From Candidatus Aenigmatarchaeota archaeon (GTDB lineage: Archaea; Aenigmatarchaeota; Aenigmatarchaeia; CG10238-14), in contig JAHLMM010000001.1 in the NCBI GenBank assembly GCA_018920365.1, forward strand, positions 199,628-263,627: a DNA stretch of 64,000 nt, in the 5' to 3' direction. Shown in pieces: positions 31,574 to 41,442 of this stretch. Positions within the stretch are counted from its first letter, which is position 1; each line of letters starts with the position of its first letter. A program made the position numbers and the translations under genes. Below the pieces are notes generated by a model, which did not search any database, was not told the origin of the DNA, and was given only the letters and a program-made list of their open reading frames with translations.

Positions 31574-32509
31574 TTATTCTAAAAATTCAACTTCATCTAT
31601 AATTCCGTCTGAATCTTCATCAACACCTTTGACAACCTTTGCTATAGACTTGCTGTCATTTATGTTCCCTGACTGTATTTCTGTTGAATGCTTTATTAGC
31701 GCGATGGTTGCAGACAAAGTTCCTCTGAAACCCATTCCAGAAAGGAATAATACTTCCCTTTCTTCATTAAAAGGGTTTTTTATTCTACAAATAACTCCTA
31801 TTTCCTTTTCTCTGTAAGTTTTTTTTGACAAAGTTGATATTATTGTCCAATCCTTTATTTCTTCAGAATAATCAAAGTAAATTGGTAACTTTTCATTTAT
31901 TTTTTGAGTAATTATGTTTGTTTTTGGCCCGCCGACCAATATCAAATTTTTCTTCAAATCCGATTCATTAACTTGAGTATCAAGCTTGTAAATTGGTAGA
32001 TTTATTTTGTTTATAAACTGTCCAAAATATGTGCCCAATAATATAACCGAATAACCATCAGAAGCAGATGCTTTATATTTTCCATGAGGATCTGGGCTAC
32101 CTACTATTATTAGCGAATTTAATTTTGCATCTTGAATGAATGGTGATAGAAATTTTGTTTCCAAAGGTTTTGTTTTTATAGAATAATAATGATCCTCATC
32201 AAAAATTTTGAATGATATTGACGGGGATGTTAAAGAATATATTTTTGCCGTTGCACCAACCCTCTCTTCAACTCTTTCCAATTTTATAAAACCATACTTC
32301 TCTAATCTTCTTATATGATAGTATATTTTTTGTTCATGTTGTTTTAATTTTCTAGCTATATCAATTGCACATTGTGGTGAATTTGTCAACTCTTTAAGTA
32401 TTTTAAATGATAAATCAGATGACAAAGCAGACAGAGCCTTTTTGTCTTTAATCATCAAAGTATTGAATATTTTTTGTCCTTTGCCTGTTTCTTCAACTAA
32501 AAACTCCAT
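31574..32509 (-). CDS. HTH regulator with C-terminal S-layer-like alpha/beta domain
   Basis: N-terminal wHTH (IARKLKQHEQKIYYHIRRL); NLILVGGPKTN. Confidence 0.75.
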   Translation of the reverse strand: MEFLVEETGKGQKIFNTLMIKDKKALSALSSDLSFKILKELTNSPQCAIDIARKLKQHEQKIYYHIRRLEKYGFIKLERVEERVGATAKIYSLTSPSISFKIFDEDHYYSIKTKPLETKFLSPFIQDAKLNSLIIVGSPDPHGKYKASASDGYSVILLGTYFGQFINKINLPIYKLDTQVNESDLKKNLILVGGPKTNIITQKINEKLPIYFDYSEEIKDWTIISTLSKKTYREKEIGVICRIKNPFNEEREVLFLSGMGFRGTLSATIALIKHSTEIQSGNINDSKSIAKVVKGVDEDSDGIIDEVEFLE

Positions 32510-32650
32510 ATATTAAAATATAATATAAAACATTATAAACTTTATTTTAATGGTTAAGCTAAATTTTTTGACTAATTTTTAGAAAAATTTTCTTTTTTGT
32601 TATGAATTTTTTAGGAATTTTTTATATAGATTTTTTAACAATTTTTATTA

Positions 32651-32754
32651 GCAGAGTTAAGAGGGGGCAAAACCTTCGGGGTGGGCAATAAAATTTCGCG
32701 CCCCCTTAAAAAATATTCAATTCTAAATTTTGCATTTCGGCGAATTGTGATTTA
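32651..32754 (+). other. Candidate structured 5' leader of glmS
   Basis: GGGGGC/GCCCCC stem enclosing a cc-UUCG-gg loop, second hairpin next to the SD, TATA-like TTTATATA at 32621-32628. Confidence 0.45.
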
Positions 32755-34491
32755 ATGTGCGGAATATTTGGTTATTTTGGAAATGATGCAATGAAAAAAA
32801 CAATAGATGCTTTAAGTTTTCTTGAATATAGAGGATATGATTCTACAGGAGTTGCATTCTTACAATAAGACAATCTAGTCATATTAAAATATCTAGGATC
32901 ACCATCCAAAGTATCATGGAATGTAAGACCTAGTTCTGCTTGCATAGGTCATACTAGATGGGCTACTCATGGAAAAGTGACTATACAAAATGCTCATCCA
33001 CATACTGATTGCTATAATAGAATAGCAGTAGTTCACAACGGTACACTTGAAAATTACATAGAAATAAAGAAAGAACTTGAATCAAAAGGCCATAAATTTA
33101 ATTCAGAAACAGATACAGAAGTTATATCACATCTCATAGAAGAAAATGTTCAATGTGGAATACCTTTAAGAGATGCAATAATAAAATCTTTGAGAGATAT
33201 AAAAGGATCTTACGCAATAGCTGTTTTAAGCAAATATGATCCGAGAATTGTAGTAGCAAGAAATTCAAACCCAATTTTTGTGGGATTAGACGGGATTAAC
33301 AGATGCATATGTTCTGATATACCTACGTTGAGTTTGTATTCTGAAAGTATGATACCTTTGGATCCTTATGAAATTGCTTTTGTTGGTGATAGCGTTGAGA
33401 TTTATGATTTTAGTGGTGAAAGAATTGAAAGGAAACCCATTCAAATTAAATCAATTAAAAATAGAATATCTTTGGAAGGATATAAGACATACACAGAAAA
33501 GGAAATTTTTGAGCAACCTCAAGCATTATCTGATTGTTCTACTGTAACTGAAAATGAATTAAAGCCAATAGTTGATTCTATATTAAACTCAAACAGATTA
33601 TACATAGTTGGTGCTGGTACTTCTTATCATGCCGCTCTAATAGGAAGTTATATTTTTCGAGATGCTGGTATATTAAGTGAATCAATACAATCCCAAGAAT
33701 TTCCATTTAAATCAGTTGTTGATAGTAAAACAACATGTATTTTTCTTTCTCAGTCAGGAACAACTGCAGATACAAATAATGCAATAAATTATGCTAGCCG
33801 TGCGAGAAAAATAGGCATAGTGAATGTTTTTGGAAGTGAAATGGAAAAATATGTCGATTATGTTGCATATACAAGAGCTGGACCTGAAATAGGTGTTGCT
33901 TCAACAAAAAATTTTTTAAACCAAGTATATTTGCTTAATCTTTTGTTTTTGAAAATATGTGAACGAAGAAACATTGAAGTTAGCTACGTTAAACGAGATT
34001 TTTATAATATGCCTAGATATGTTGAAGAAATATTAAGAAACGGTGTACCAGAAAAAATAATACTACAACTATTGCAAAACAATCCAATATTTTTAGGTTT
34101 AGGGCCAAGCTACCCAGTTGCATTGGAAGCTGCATTAAAATTTAAAGAGCTTACATATATGGATGCTATTGCTTATTTCTCAGGTGAATTAAAACACGGT
34201 CCGTTGGCAACTGTTTTTGAGGGAAGAAATATCGTATCTATAAATCCAGAACAAAACAAAACAACTAAAATAAATTTGGAAGAAGCAAAATCAAGAGGAG
34301 CTAAAATAATAAACATAGGATCTGAAAATGAATTGTATGATTTTTGCATCAATGTACCAAATGTTTCAATTTCTTTAACTCCAATAGTTTCAATAATTCC
34401 AGCCCAATTGTTCGCATTAAAAGTTGCTGAGAAACTAGGCAGAGAAATTGATAAACCTAGAAATTTAGCAAAAAGTGTTACAGTTGAATAG
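32755..34491 (+). pseudogene. glmS: Glutamine-fructose-6-phosphate aminotransferase interrupted by in-frame TAA at codon 38 (32866-32868)
   Basis: MCGIFG..LEYRGYDSTG..FLQ*DNL..GHTRWATHG in one frame, continuing to RNLAKSVTVE. Confidence 0.85.
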
Positions 34492-34492
34492 T

Positions 34493-36208
34493 CTACATTA
34501 TTTCAGGCGCTTCTATTCCAAGAATCCTGAAACAATTTTCTAAAACTATTTTTGTTGATTTTGTCAAACTCAACCTAAAGTTTTTCTTGTCTTCATTTTC
34601 CGCTTTCAAGACAGGACATGAATGATAAAATTCACTGAAACAAACAGCCAAATCATAAACATAATTACATATTAAATTTACTTTCAACTCTTTTTCTGCT
34701 TGAATAACAACATCAGGAAATTCTATCAGTTTTTTCAAAAGCAATTTTTCCTTCTCATCGAAATCATTTATCTTAAATTTCTTTATCATTTTATTTTTTT
34801 CTAAAATACTTTTGCATCTTATATATGCATACTGTATATATGGTCCTGTATTTCCATCAAAACTTAGCATCTTTTCCCAGTCAAATGTAATCAAATTTTT
34901 TGTGTCTATTTTAAGTATGGCATATCTTAATGCACCTATTGCTATTTTTCTTGCAATATCCCTTTTCTTTTTTTCAGGAAGTTTGTTCCTTTTTTCAGTC
35001 TCTTTTAATGCAAGTTTTTCAAGCTCTTCTATGACTTGATCAAGCATTATGGCTCTACCTTCTCTTGACGACATTTTACCTTCAGGTAAAACAACATGTT
35101 CAAATGATAGATGATGACAATTTTCAACCCATTTGTATCCTAAAAGTTCAAGCGTTTTAAAAATCTGTGAAAAGTATAATTTTTGTTGTGATGAAACAAC
35201 CCAAATAGATTTATCAAGATTATATTTTTTAAATTTGTGCAAAGTTAATCCAAGATCGCTTGTTTGATATAAGCCAGTGCCGTCAGATCTAAGTAATACA
35301 AAATTAGGTAATCCATGCTTTTCTAAATCAGCAACTATTGTCTGATTTTCTGATTTAAATGCAACACCTCTTTTTAATGCTTCACTAACAAGTCTTTTAC
35401 CTAAATCCCTATAATCGCTTTCATAAAAGTAAATATCAAAATCAACACCGATTTTCTTGTAAGTTTCTTTAAATCCATCAATACACCAATTTACTATTTT
35501 TCTCCATAATTCTGATACATGTTTATCTTTTTCCAATTCAAACTTTCTTAGCATCTCTCTTGCCTTTTCTTCGAGCTCTGGTTTTTCTTTTGCTTCTTTA
35601 TGAAATTTTACATAGAAATCCCATAGCCACAAATCTGCTTTACCTTTTGGTTTTTGATTATTACCCCAAAGTGTATATGCAGTAACAAGTTTTGAAACCT
35701 GAAAACCCATATCATTCATATAGTTTGCTCTTATTACATTATACCCATTAAATTCAAGTAAATTTGAAAGAGCATCGCCCAACAGAGTAGTTCTTGCATG
35801 TCCTATATGCATTGGATGAACAGGATTAGGTTGTGAAAACTCTACCATTGCTTTTTTACCTTTTCCTATTTCAGACTTGCCATAATTCTTGTTTTTATTT
35901 ATAATCTCTTTTATTGTCAATTCAGATATTTTAGAGTAATTGAAAAAGAAATTTATGTAAGCACCAACTACCTCAACCTTTCCAAAAAGTGAATTTTTGA
36001 TATCAATTTTTTTGGCTATTTCATTAGCTATTTCATTAGGATTTTTTCTCAATTTTTTTGCCAGTTGAAAAGCAATTTTGCAGCTTAAATCTCCAAATTC
36101 TTTTTTTGCTGGTACTTCTATGCTGCTTTCTATATCCTCATATTTGACATAGTCTATTTTTTTCAACAGTTTAACTATTTCTTGCTTTGACTTTTTGTTT
36201 AGATTCAT
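34493..36208 (-). CDS. argS: Arginyl-tRNA synthetase
   Basis: HIGH, KMSSR, GPYIQYA, C-terminal Met. Confidence 0.96.
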   Translation of the reverse strand: MNLNKKSKQEIVKLLKKIDYVKYEDIESSIEVPAKKEFGDLSCKIAFQLAKKLRKNPNEIANEIAKKIDIKNSLFGKVEVVGAYINFFFNYSKISELTIKEIINKNKNYGKSEIGKGKKAMVEFSQPNPVHPMHIGHARTTLLGDALSNLLEFNGYNVIRANYMNDMGFQVSKLVTAYTLWGNNQKPKGKADLWLWDFYVKFHKEAKEKPELEEKAREMLRKFELEKDKHVSELWRKIVNWCIDGFKETYKKIGVDFDIYFYESDYRDLGKRLVSEALKRGVAFKSENQTIVADLEKHGLPNFVLLRSDGTGLYQTSDLGLTLHKFKKYNLDKSIWVVSSQQKLYFSQIFKTLELLGYKWVENCHHLSFEHVVLPEGKMSSREGRAIMLDQVIEELEKLALKETEKRNKLPEKKKRDIARKIAIGALRYAILKIDTKNLITFDWEKMLSFDGNTGPYIQYAYIRCKSILEKNKMIKKFKINDFDEKEKLLLKKLIEFPDVVIQAEKELKVNLICNYVYDLAVCFSEFYHSCPVLKAENEDKKNFRLSLTKSTKIVLENCFRILGIEAPEIM

Positions 36209-37040
36209 AATACCACGCTAATAAAAATAAAATAAGTTCAAACAATATAAACAATATAGTTATTAAAAGGATGACGATATTTTCATTGTAAATTTTCAAA
36301 ATCAAGATATTTACTAAACCAAAAATATAGAACGGCATTCTTATAGCAAATGAGAACAATTCTAACTTTATTTTTTTATGTTCAAGCCTTATAAAAAGTA
36401 AGAAAATGGAAGCAAAAATAGCCAATGTAATAAACTGTTGTTGTTTATCAAAGCCTGCGATTTTATTTATTGAGTTTATTGCTAGAAATAAAAACAGAAA
36501 GATTGAATAGCTTGCCAGCAGCGTCATCGTTGATTTTATCAAAAAATTAATTTTTTTGGTTTTTAAAATTTCATATACAGTATAGAATACAAACGAAACT
36601 AAAAGCCAACCTAAATAATTATTTGCAGGTACCCCGAAAAAACCTTCATTGAATTTATAACCATTCCAATACCAATAGTAAAGCCTTATAGCAACTATAT
36701 CCAACGAAAGATCAATCATTAGAACGAGTAATGATGAAACAAAGAATGTTGAATAATATTTTATTGGAATGTTTTGTGATATTTTTTTACTTGAATATAT
36801 TATAATTGACCAAGATAAAACAACAAACAAAGGCACGTGAAGTATATTGAAAGTAAAATTTTTGTTATAATAATAGCTGCCTGGTTGATCTTGGGAAAGA
36901 ATTATGTTCATATTTTCAAATAGTATGGCATAAATTACTGAAATAATGAAAAAATTCAATTCTTTTTTATCTTTTTTTAATATGTAAATCAAAGTAACTA
37001 AAAAAAGCAAGACTATTCCAAATTCGACAAATATAAACAT
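36171..37040 (-). CDS. CruF/DUF422-like multi-TM protein
   Basis: VPLFVVLSW, DLSLD, FFGVPANNYLGW. Confidence 0.65.
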   Translation of the reverse strand: MFIFVEFGIVLLFLVTLIYILKKDKKELNFFIISVIYAILFENMNIILSQDQPGSYYYNKNFTFNILHVPLFVVLSWSIIIYSSKKISQNIPIKYYSTFFVSSLLVLMIDLSLDIVAIRLYYWYWNGYKFNEGFFGVPANNYLGWLLVSFVFYTVYEILKTKKINFLIKSTMTLLASYSIFLFLFLAINSINKIAGFDKQQQFITLAIFASIFLLFIRLEHKKIKLELFSFAIRMPFYIFGLVNILILKIYNENIVILLITILFILFELILFLLAWYYESKQKVKARNS

Positions 37041-37149
37041 TAGTAAAGGTTTTAAATTTTGATATTTTAATTATTTTTTAATGTCTAAAAAAAGAACAAC
37101 CCCATAAATCTATTTCTTTTGCTAGACATTGCTTTTAATAGGTGTTTTT

Positions 37150-38094
37150 ATGGTAAAGGTAAAAGATATAAAGTGGAAGAAAGGCGTTAGAGTAAGCGAA
37201 TTGGTAAAGCATTTATCTACAACTGGCTTTCAAGCAGTTGAACTAGGTAAAGCAGTAGAATGTATTGCAAAAATGAAAAGAGAAAATGCAAAAATATATT
37301 TTACATTCACGTCAAATATGGTTACAACTGGCTTGAGAGGGTTCTTTGCACAATTAATAAAGCTGAGAATGGTAGATGTTGCCATAACAACTGTTGGCAG
37401 CATTGAAGAAGATATAATGAAGGCTATAGGCGAGGATTTTTATATAGGAAATTATTCTGCCGATGATGTTGGGTTGCATGAGAAAGGAATAAACAGGGTT
37501 GGAAATCTTTTAATACGAAATGAAAGTTATGAAAAATTTGAATCATATATGCTTGATGTTTTGAGAAAACTGTATGAAAAGCAAAACAGATATAGTGTGA
37601 CCGAAATGCTTAAAGAGATTGGATTAATGATAAAGGATGAGAATTCTATATTATATCAAGCGGCAAAAAACAATGTTCCTATATTTTGTCCAGCAATAAC
37701 TGATGGTGCATTTGGTTTTCATCTTTTTATGTTTCAGCAAGATCATAAAGACTTTATAATTGACGTTGTGAAAGACTTTGCTGATCTGATTTTCAGCTCA
37801 ACCCATGACGACAAAAAAGGTATAATAGCTTTGGGTGGAGGAGTTTCAAAGCATCATGCTATCTTAGGGACGTTGCTGAATGGCGGTGCTGATTATGCTG
37901 TCTATATGACAACTGCTCATGAATATTCTGGTAGTTTAAGTGGTGCAACTACAAGAGAAGCTAAGAGTTGGGGAAAAATTAAAGACGCAGCCGATGCAGT
38001 AACTGTCATAGGCGATGTTAGCATAACTTTTCCATTGGCAATGATGAGTGTTTTAGATATACTTTCAGATGAGGGGATAATAAATGAAGAGTAG
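37150..38094 (+). CDS. dhs: Deoxyhypusine synthase (or DHS-like homospermidine synthase)
   Basis: FTSNMV, INRVGN, PAITDG, GGGVSKH, GSLSGA, EAKSWGK. Confidence 0.9.
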   Translation: MVKVKDIKWKKGVRVSELVKHLSTTGFQAVELGKAVECIAKMKRENAKIYFTFTSNMVTTGLRGFFAQLIKLRMVDVAITTVGSIEEDIMKAIGEDFYIGNYSADDVGLHEKGINRVGNLLIRNESYEKFESYMLDVLRKLYEKQNRYSVTEMLKEIGLMIKDENSILYQAAKNNVPIFCPAITDGAFGFHLFMFQQDHKDFIIDVVKDFADLIFSSTHDDKKGIIALGGGVSKHHAILGTLLNGGADYAVYMTTAHEYSGSLSGATTREAKSWGKIKDAADAVTVIGDVSITFPLAMMSVLDILSDEGIINEE

Positions 38095-39112
38095 ATTTAT
38101 TGTCAGCAAAAGCAAGCTTTTGTCTCAATATAAAATACTGAAAGATTTGGGTTTAGATGTTTCTTATAGCTTGAAAACTTTTCCAGAAATAGCTCATATA
38201 CTTGAAGAAGAGACAGATAGCTTTTTTACAATTCATATGATGGAATCTTTTAGTTTTGTAAAGGATTATAGGAGAATTTGGTTTGTAGCTCAAGCTTGGT
38301 CAAAAGAACAGATAAAAGAAATGATAGAAAACAAAGTGACAAATTTCATAGTTGACAATGAGGCTGATTTGAATGTTTTAATTGATTATTTAAAACACAC
38401 AGATAAAAAAATAAACTTGTTATTGAGACTTAAAATGAGAGAGCATACAATACATACGGGAAAATATTTCGTTTTTGGAATGTATTCAAAACAAATAAAT
38501 GAGTGGATACCAAAATTGAGAAAAATAAAAAACATAGAAAAGTTAGGAATTCATTTTCACAGAAAAACACAAAATACAAGCGAATGGAATATAAAAGACG
38601 AATTAACACAAATGGTTGACAAAAATGTTTGGGATGTTATTGATATTGTCAACATAGGTGGCGGCTTGCCTGTGGATTACAAAAATACTACAGCAAGAAA
38701 TATTGATTTTATTTTTCAGAAAATTATTGAATTTCGAGATTGGCTGAAAGAAAGAAATATAAAAATTATAATAGAGCCGGGAAGATTTTTAGCAGCACCT
38801 CCAACAAAACTTGAAACAGAAATACTTGCAATTCATGAAAATAATATAATAGTTGATGCATCTGTTTACAACGGTTCTATGGACAGTATTATAATACCAA
38901 TAAAACTTTTAGTAGAGGGTGAAGTTGAGGAAGGAGAGAATTATGTAATAAAAGGCTGCACGCCATGCTCGATGGACATATTTAGATATGATGTCAAATT
39001 AAAAGAAAAACCAAAAGTTGGCGACAAAATTGTTTTTCTAAATGCAGGTGCTTATTGCTTTACAACTGATTTTTGTAATTTGCCAAAATTACCTGTTGTT
39101 TTTGTTGATTAA
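38084..39112 (+). CDS. Fold-type III PLP decarboxylase (ornithine/arginine/DAP family)
   Basis: SYSLK (PLP Lys), HFH, NIGGG, EPGR, PCSMD, AGAY. Overlaps dhs. Confidence 0.85.
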   Translation: MKSRFIVSKSKLLSQYKILKDLGLDVSYSLKTFPEIAHILEEETDSFFTIHMMESFSFVKDYRRIWFVAQAWSKEQIKEMIENKVTNFIVDNEADLNVLIDYLKHTDKKINLLLRLKMREHTIHTGKYFVFGMYSKQINEWIPKLRKIKNIEKLGIHFHRKTQNTSEWNIKDELTQMVDKNVWDVIDIVNIGGGLPVDYKNTTARNIDFIFQKIIEFRDWLKERNIKIIIEPGRFLAAPPTKLETEILAIHENNIIVDASVYNGSMDSIIIPIKLLVEGEVEEGENYVIKGCTPCSMDIFRYDVKLKEKPKVGDKIVFLNAGAYCFTTDFCNLPKLPVVFVD

Positions 39113-39160
39113 TTATTTTTTCTTTGTAGATTTTTTCGAACCACAACCACAACAACCCAT
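39113..39160 (-). CDS. 15-aa Cys-rich micropeptide MGCCGCGSKKSTKKK (not in ORF track)
   Basis: SD GGTGA overlaps the ferritin-gene stop and lies 5 nt before the ATG. Confidence 0.55.
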   Translation of the reverse strand: MGCCGCGSKKSTKKK

Positions 39161-39169
39161 AATATTCAC

Positions 39170-39583
39170 CTATTCTTCAAGTCTTTTGAACTCTTCCCAA
39201 TGTTCAATCTCATCTTCCAGTATTTCCTCTATTGCTTCATATATTTTTATGTCATCTATGTGATTCAATTTTTTCAAAATTTTTTTGTACATTTCTATTG
39301 CATCTTCTTCAGCCTTAGCATTAACTTGTATCATTTTTTTCAAATCTTTTACAAGAGTTCTTTCATCAACGTCCATTGTTGGCGTCCCGCCAAGCCAGAA
39401 TATCCTTTCTCTCAATATTTCTGCGTGTTTCATCTCTTCCTCAGCTATATGCTTTAATGTAGTTATAACAACATCTGCATCTAAACCTTTAGCAATTGTT
39501 GCGTGTGTTAAATATTGTATTACTGCTTGATATTCTGTTGTCAAAGCGTGATTTAAGTCTTTTAAAATCTCTTCTTTATTCAT
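39170..39583 (-). CDS. Ferritin-like diiron protein (bacterioferritin/Dps-like)
   Basis: E..A..QY, EEMKHA, LGG.P, EDEIEH. Confidence 0.88.
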   Translation of the reverse strand: MNKEEILKDLNHALTTEYQAVIQYLTHATIAKGLDADVVITTLKHIAEEEMKHAEILRERIFWLGGTPTMDVDERTLVKDLKKMIQVNAKAEEDAIEMYKKILKKLNHIDDIKIYEAIEEILEDEIEHWEEFKRLEE

Positions 39584-39624
39584 ACTATCACCTGAGCATA
39601 AAATATGTTTTTGATATTAAAAGG

Positions 39625-40038
39625 TTATGCTGATATGAATTCATTGTACGTATATATAGATTTTTCAAGTACTGGATCAAGTTCTTCCATGTCAACTACT
39701 TTTTTTGGCTCCAACCATTTCAAGTCTTTCACGTTTTTTGGTTTTGTTGCTTGACCTGATTTATATTCACATATGTATGTTATCGCGACATTTTGCTCTT
39801 GTTTTTCTTCATTAATGTCGACTGAAACTTCTATTGGACTTAAAACCTCTATCTCAATTCCGCAGCATTCCTTTACAGTTCTTTTTAGCGAATCTATTGT
39901 GTCTTCACCGAACTTCATTTCACCGCCTGGTAAAAACCACTTGTCTGCTGAAAATGCATCTTCTGATTTTTTCTGCAACACTAGAATTTTATTCCCATTT
40001 TCTACAATTGCATATGTAGATATTTTGAATTTCTCCAT
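39625..40038 (-). CDS. Nudix hydrolase
   Basis: LPGG..FGE.....RTVKEECG variant Nudix box. Confidence 0.8.
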   Translation of the reverse strand: MEKFKISTYAIVENGNKILVLQKKSEDAFSADKWFLPGGEMKFGEDTIDSLKRTVKECCGIEIEVLSPIEVSVDINEEKQEQNVAITYICEYKSGQATKPKNVKDLKWLEPKKVVDMEELDPVLEKSIYTYNEFISA

Positions 40039-40080
40039 AAAATTAATAATACATAGAAAAAGATTTATTTTAGTATTTGT

Positions 40081-40908
40081 TTATGCGTAAATCTGAATTA
40101 TATCACCATCTTTTAATTCATGATCAAGGCCGACTTGAGCGCCAGGAAATTTGACTGACTTGCCCCAAACTCTTGCAAATCTAAAATGCTTTAAAAAATC
40201 TTTATGAACTTCTTTGACAACGTCTTTTACAGTAGCGTTTTCTTTAAAAATTATAGGTTCTTTTTCAGGTTCTTTACCTTGTGTTTTTGTGTAAACTCTT
40301 ATTATATTTAAATTTGACCAAACTTCTTTTTTGAATTTTTCTATGTTAAAAGGTCTTTTTGTTATTACTTTGATTGACTTTGTTTTTATTTTATTGTCAT
40401 CAAGGATTTTCTTTAATTCTTTTCTTTGCTTATTCAAATCCTCATTACCATCAATAACTTTGACTATAAGGTCACAATTTCTAACAATATTCATCCATTC
40501 TGGTTCAAATGTTGATGGTATTTCAATAACTTGAATCCAGACGTCTTCATATTTCATCATACCAACAACAGGCTTTAATGTTGTGTAAGGATGATAGTCA
40601 ACTTCAACATCGACATTTGTTAGCTTATTTAGCAATGTGCTTTTTCCAGAATTTGTAAAACCGAATAGGCAAATTTGAGCAGCACCTTCCTTTTTTATTG
40701 ATATAGAAGATCTGGAGGGTTTAGAGTCTTTTTGTTCTTTTAGCTTAGACAGCCTTTTTTTCAGTTCCATTAAAAGTTTTTCAGAACCATGATGTCTCGG
40801 CAGCAAACTAATCATTTCTTGCAAATATTTTATTTTTTCCTCTCTTGTTTTTGCATTTTTGTATTTTTCCTCAGCAAGGTAATACTCATTGGGTGCATTC
40901 ACTGGCAT
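40081..40908 (-). CDS. DRG/OBG-like GTPase with TGS domain
   Basis: Start MPVNAP at 40908; GFTNSGKS, YTT; TGS VWGKSVKFPGAQVGLDH. Confidence 0.88.
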   Translation of the reverse strand: MPVNAPNEYYLAEEKYKNAKTREEKIKYLQEMISLLPRHHGSEKLLMELKKRLSKLKEQKDSKPSRSSISIKKEGAAQICLFGFTNSGKSTLLNKLTNVDVEVDYHPYTTLKPVVGMMKYEDVWIQVIEIPSTFEPEWMNIVRNCDLIVKVIDGNEDLNKQRKELKKILDDNKIKTKSIKVITKRPFNIEKFKKEVWSNLNIIRVYTKTQGKEPEKEPIIFKENATVKDVVKEVHKDFLKHFRFARVWGKSVKFPGAQVGLDHELKDGDIIQIYA

Positions 40909-40961
40909 ACAATAATATTTGTAAATAAAATTGATATATTTGGAATGATTTAAAACGACAA

Positions 40962-41156
40962 TTATTTTTTCTTTTCCTCTTTTACCATTTCCATTAAAAC
41001 TGTGTTGCATTTTTCACAAATTTTTACAACCATTCCAGATCCGGGTAGACTTCTCTTTCCACTTAATCCAGTACCCAAGCCATAAAAATTTGGTTCTACT
41101 CTGAATTTTTTCACAAATTTTCTACATGTAGTGCAATAATATTCAACTTTTTCCAT
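40962..41156 (-). CDS. Small Zn-ribbon protein
   Basis: CTTC...CEKC. Confidence 0.65.
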   Translation of the reverse strand: MEKVEYYCTTCRKFVKKFRVEPNFYGLGTGLSGKRSLPGSGMVVKICEKCNTVLMEMVKEEKKK

Positions 41157-41397
41157 TTTTATCATCCATGAAAAGCTTTACAGCATATATATGAGAGCAA
41201 TCTTTTAATTTTAATGAAAAGAATTCACAGTCGCATGTGAAAACTTTTTTTGTCTTGTCGAATATGACAGAATGGTCTTTTTCGTCACTTTTTACAATAA
41301 AATAGCATCTCTTATCATTTTCAACATCTTTAACAACTTTACCATCTTTAAAAATCCAAAAACCTTTTCTTTTTGTTCTCCACGAAAGCTCAGACAT
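41143..41397 (-). CDS. SWIM Zn-finger protein
   Basis: CDC...CSHI. Confidence 0.75.
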   Translation of the reverse strand: MSELSWRTKRKGFWIFKDGKVVKDVENDKRCYFIVKSDEKDHSVIFDKTKKVFTCDCEFFSLKLKDCSHIYAVKLFMDDKNGKS

Positions 41398-41442
41398 AAA
41401 TTTAAATTATTTCTCAAATGTTTAATTGTTATTGGTGCTTAT

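Noticed and set aside
32655-32712. Match to glmS ribozyme, c-di-GMP-I or c-di-AMP riboswitch, ORB box, or a tRNA fragment
   Set aside because: Only short partial resemblances (GGGCAAA.CC, GGGGUG). Core motifs, T-loop and TCCA..GGAAA are missing.
32866-32868. Alternative genetic code (TAA reassigned)
   Set aside because: TAA terminates many intact genes in the window.
40909-41442. Long N-terminal extensions of the DRG GTPase and Dph2 ORFs
   Set aside because: They overlap neighbouring small Zn-finger genes; internal ATGs (40908, 41443) match family N-termini.
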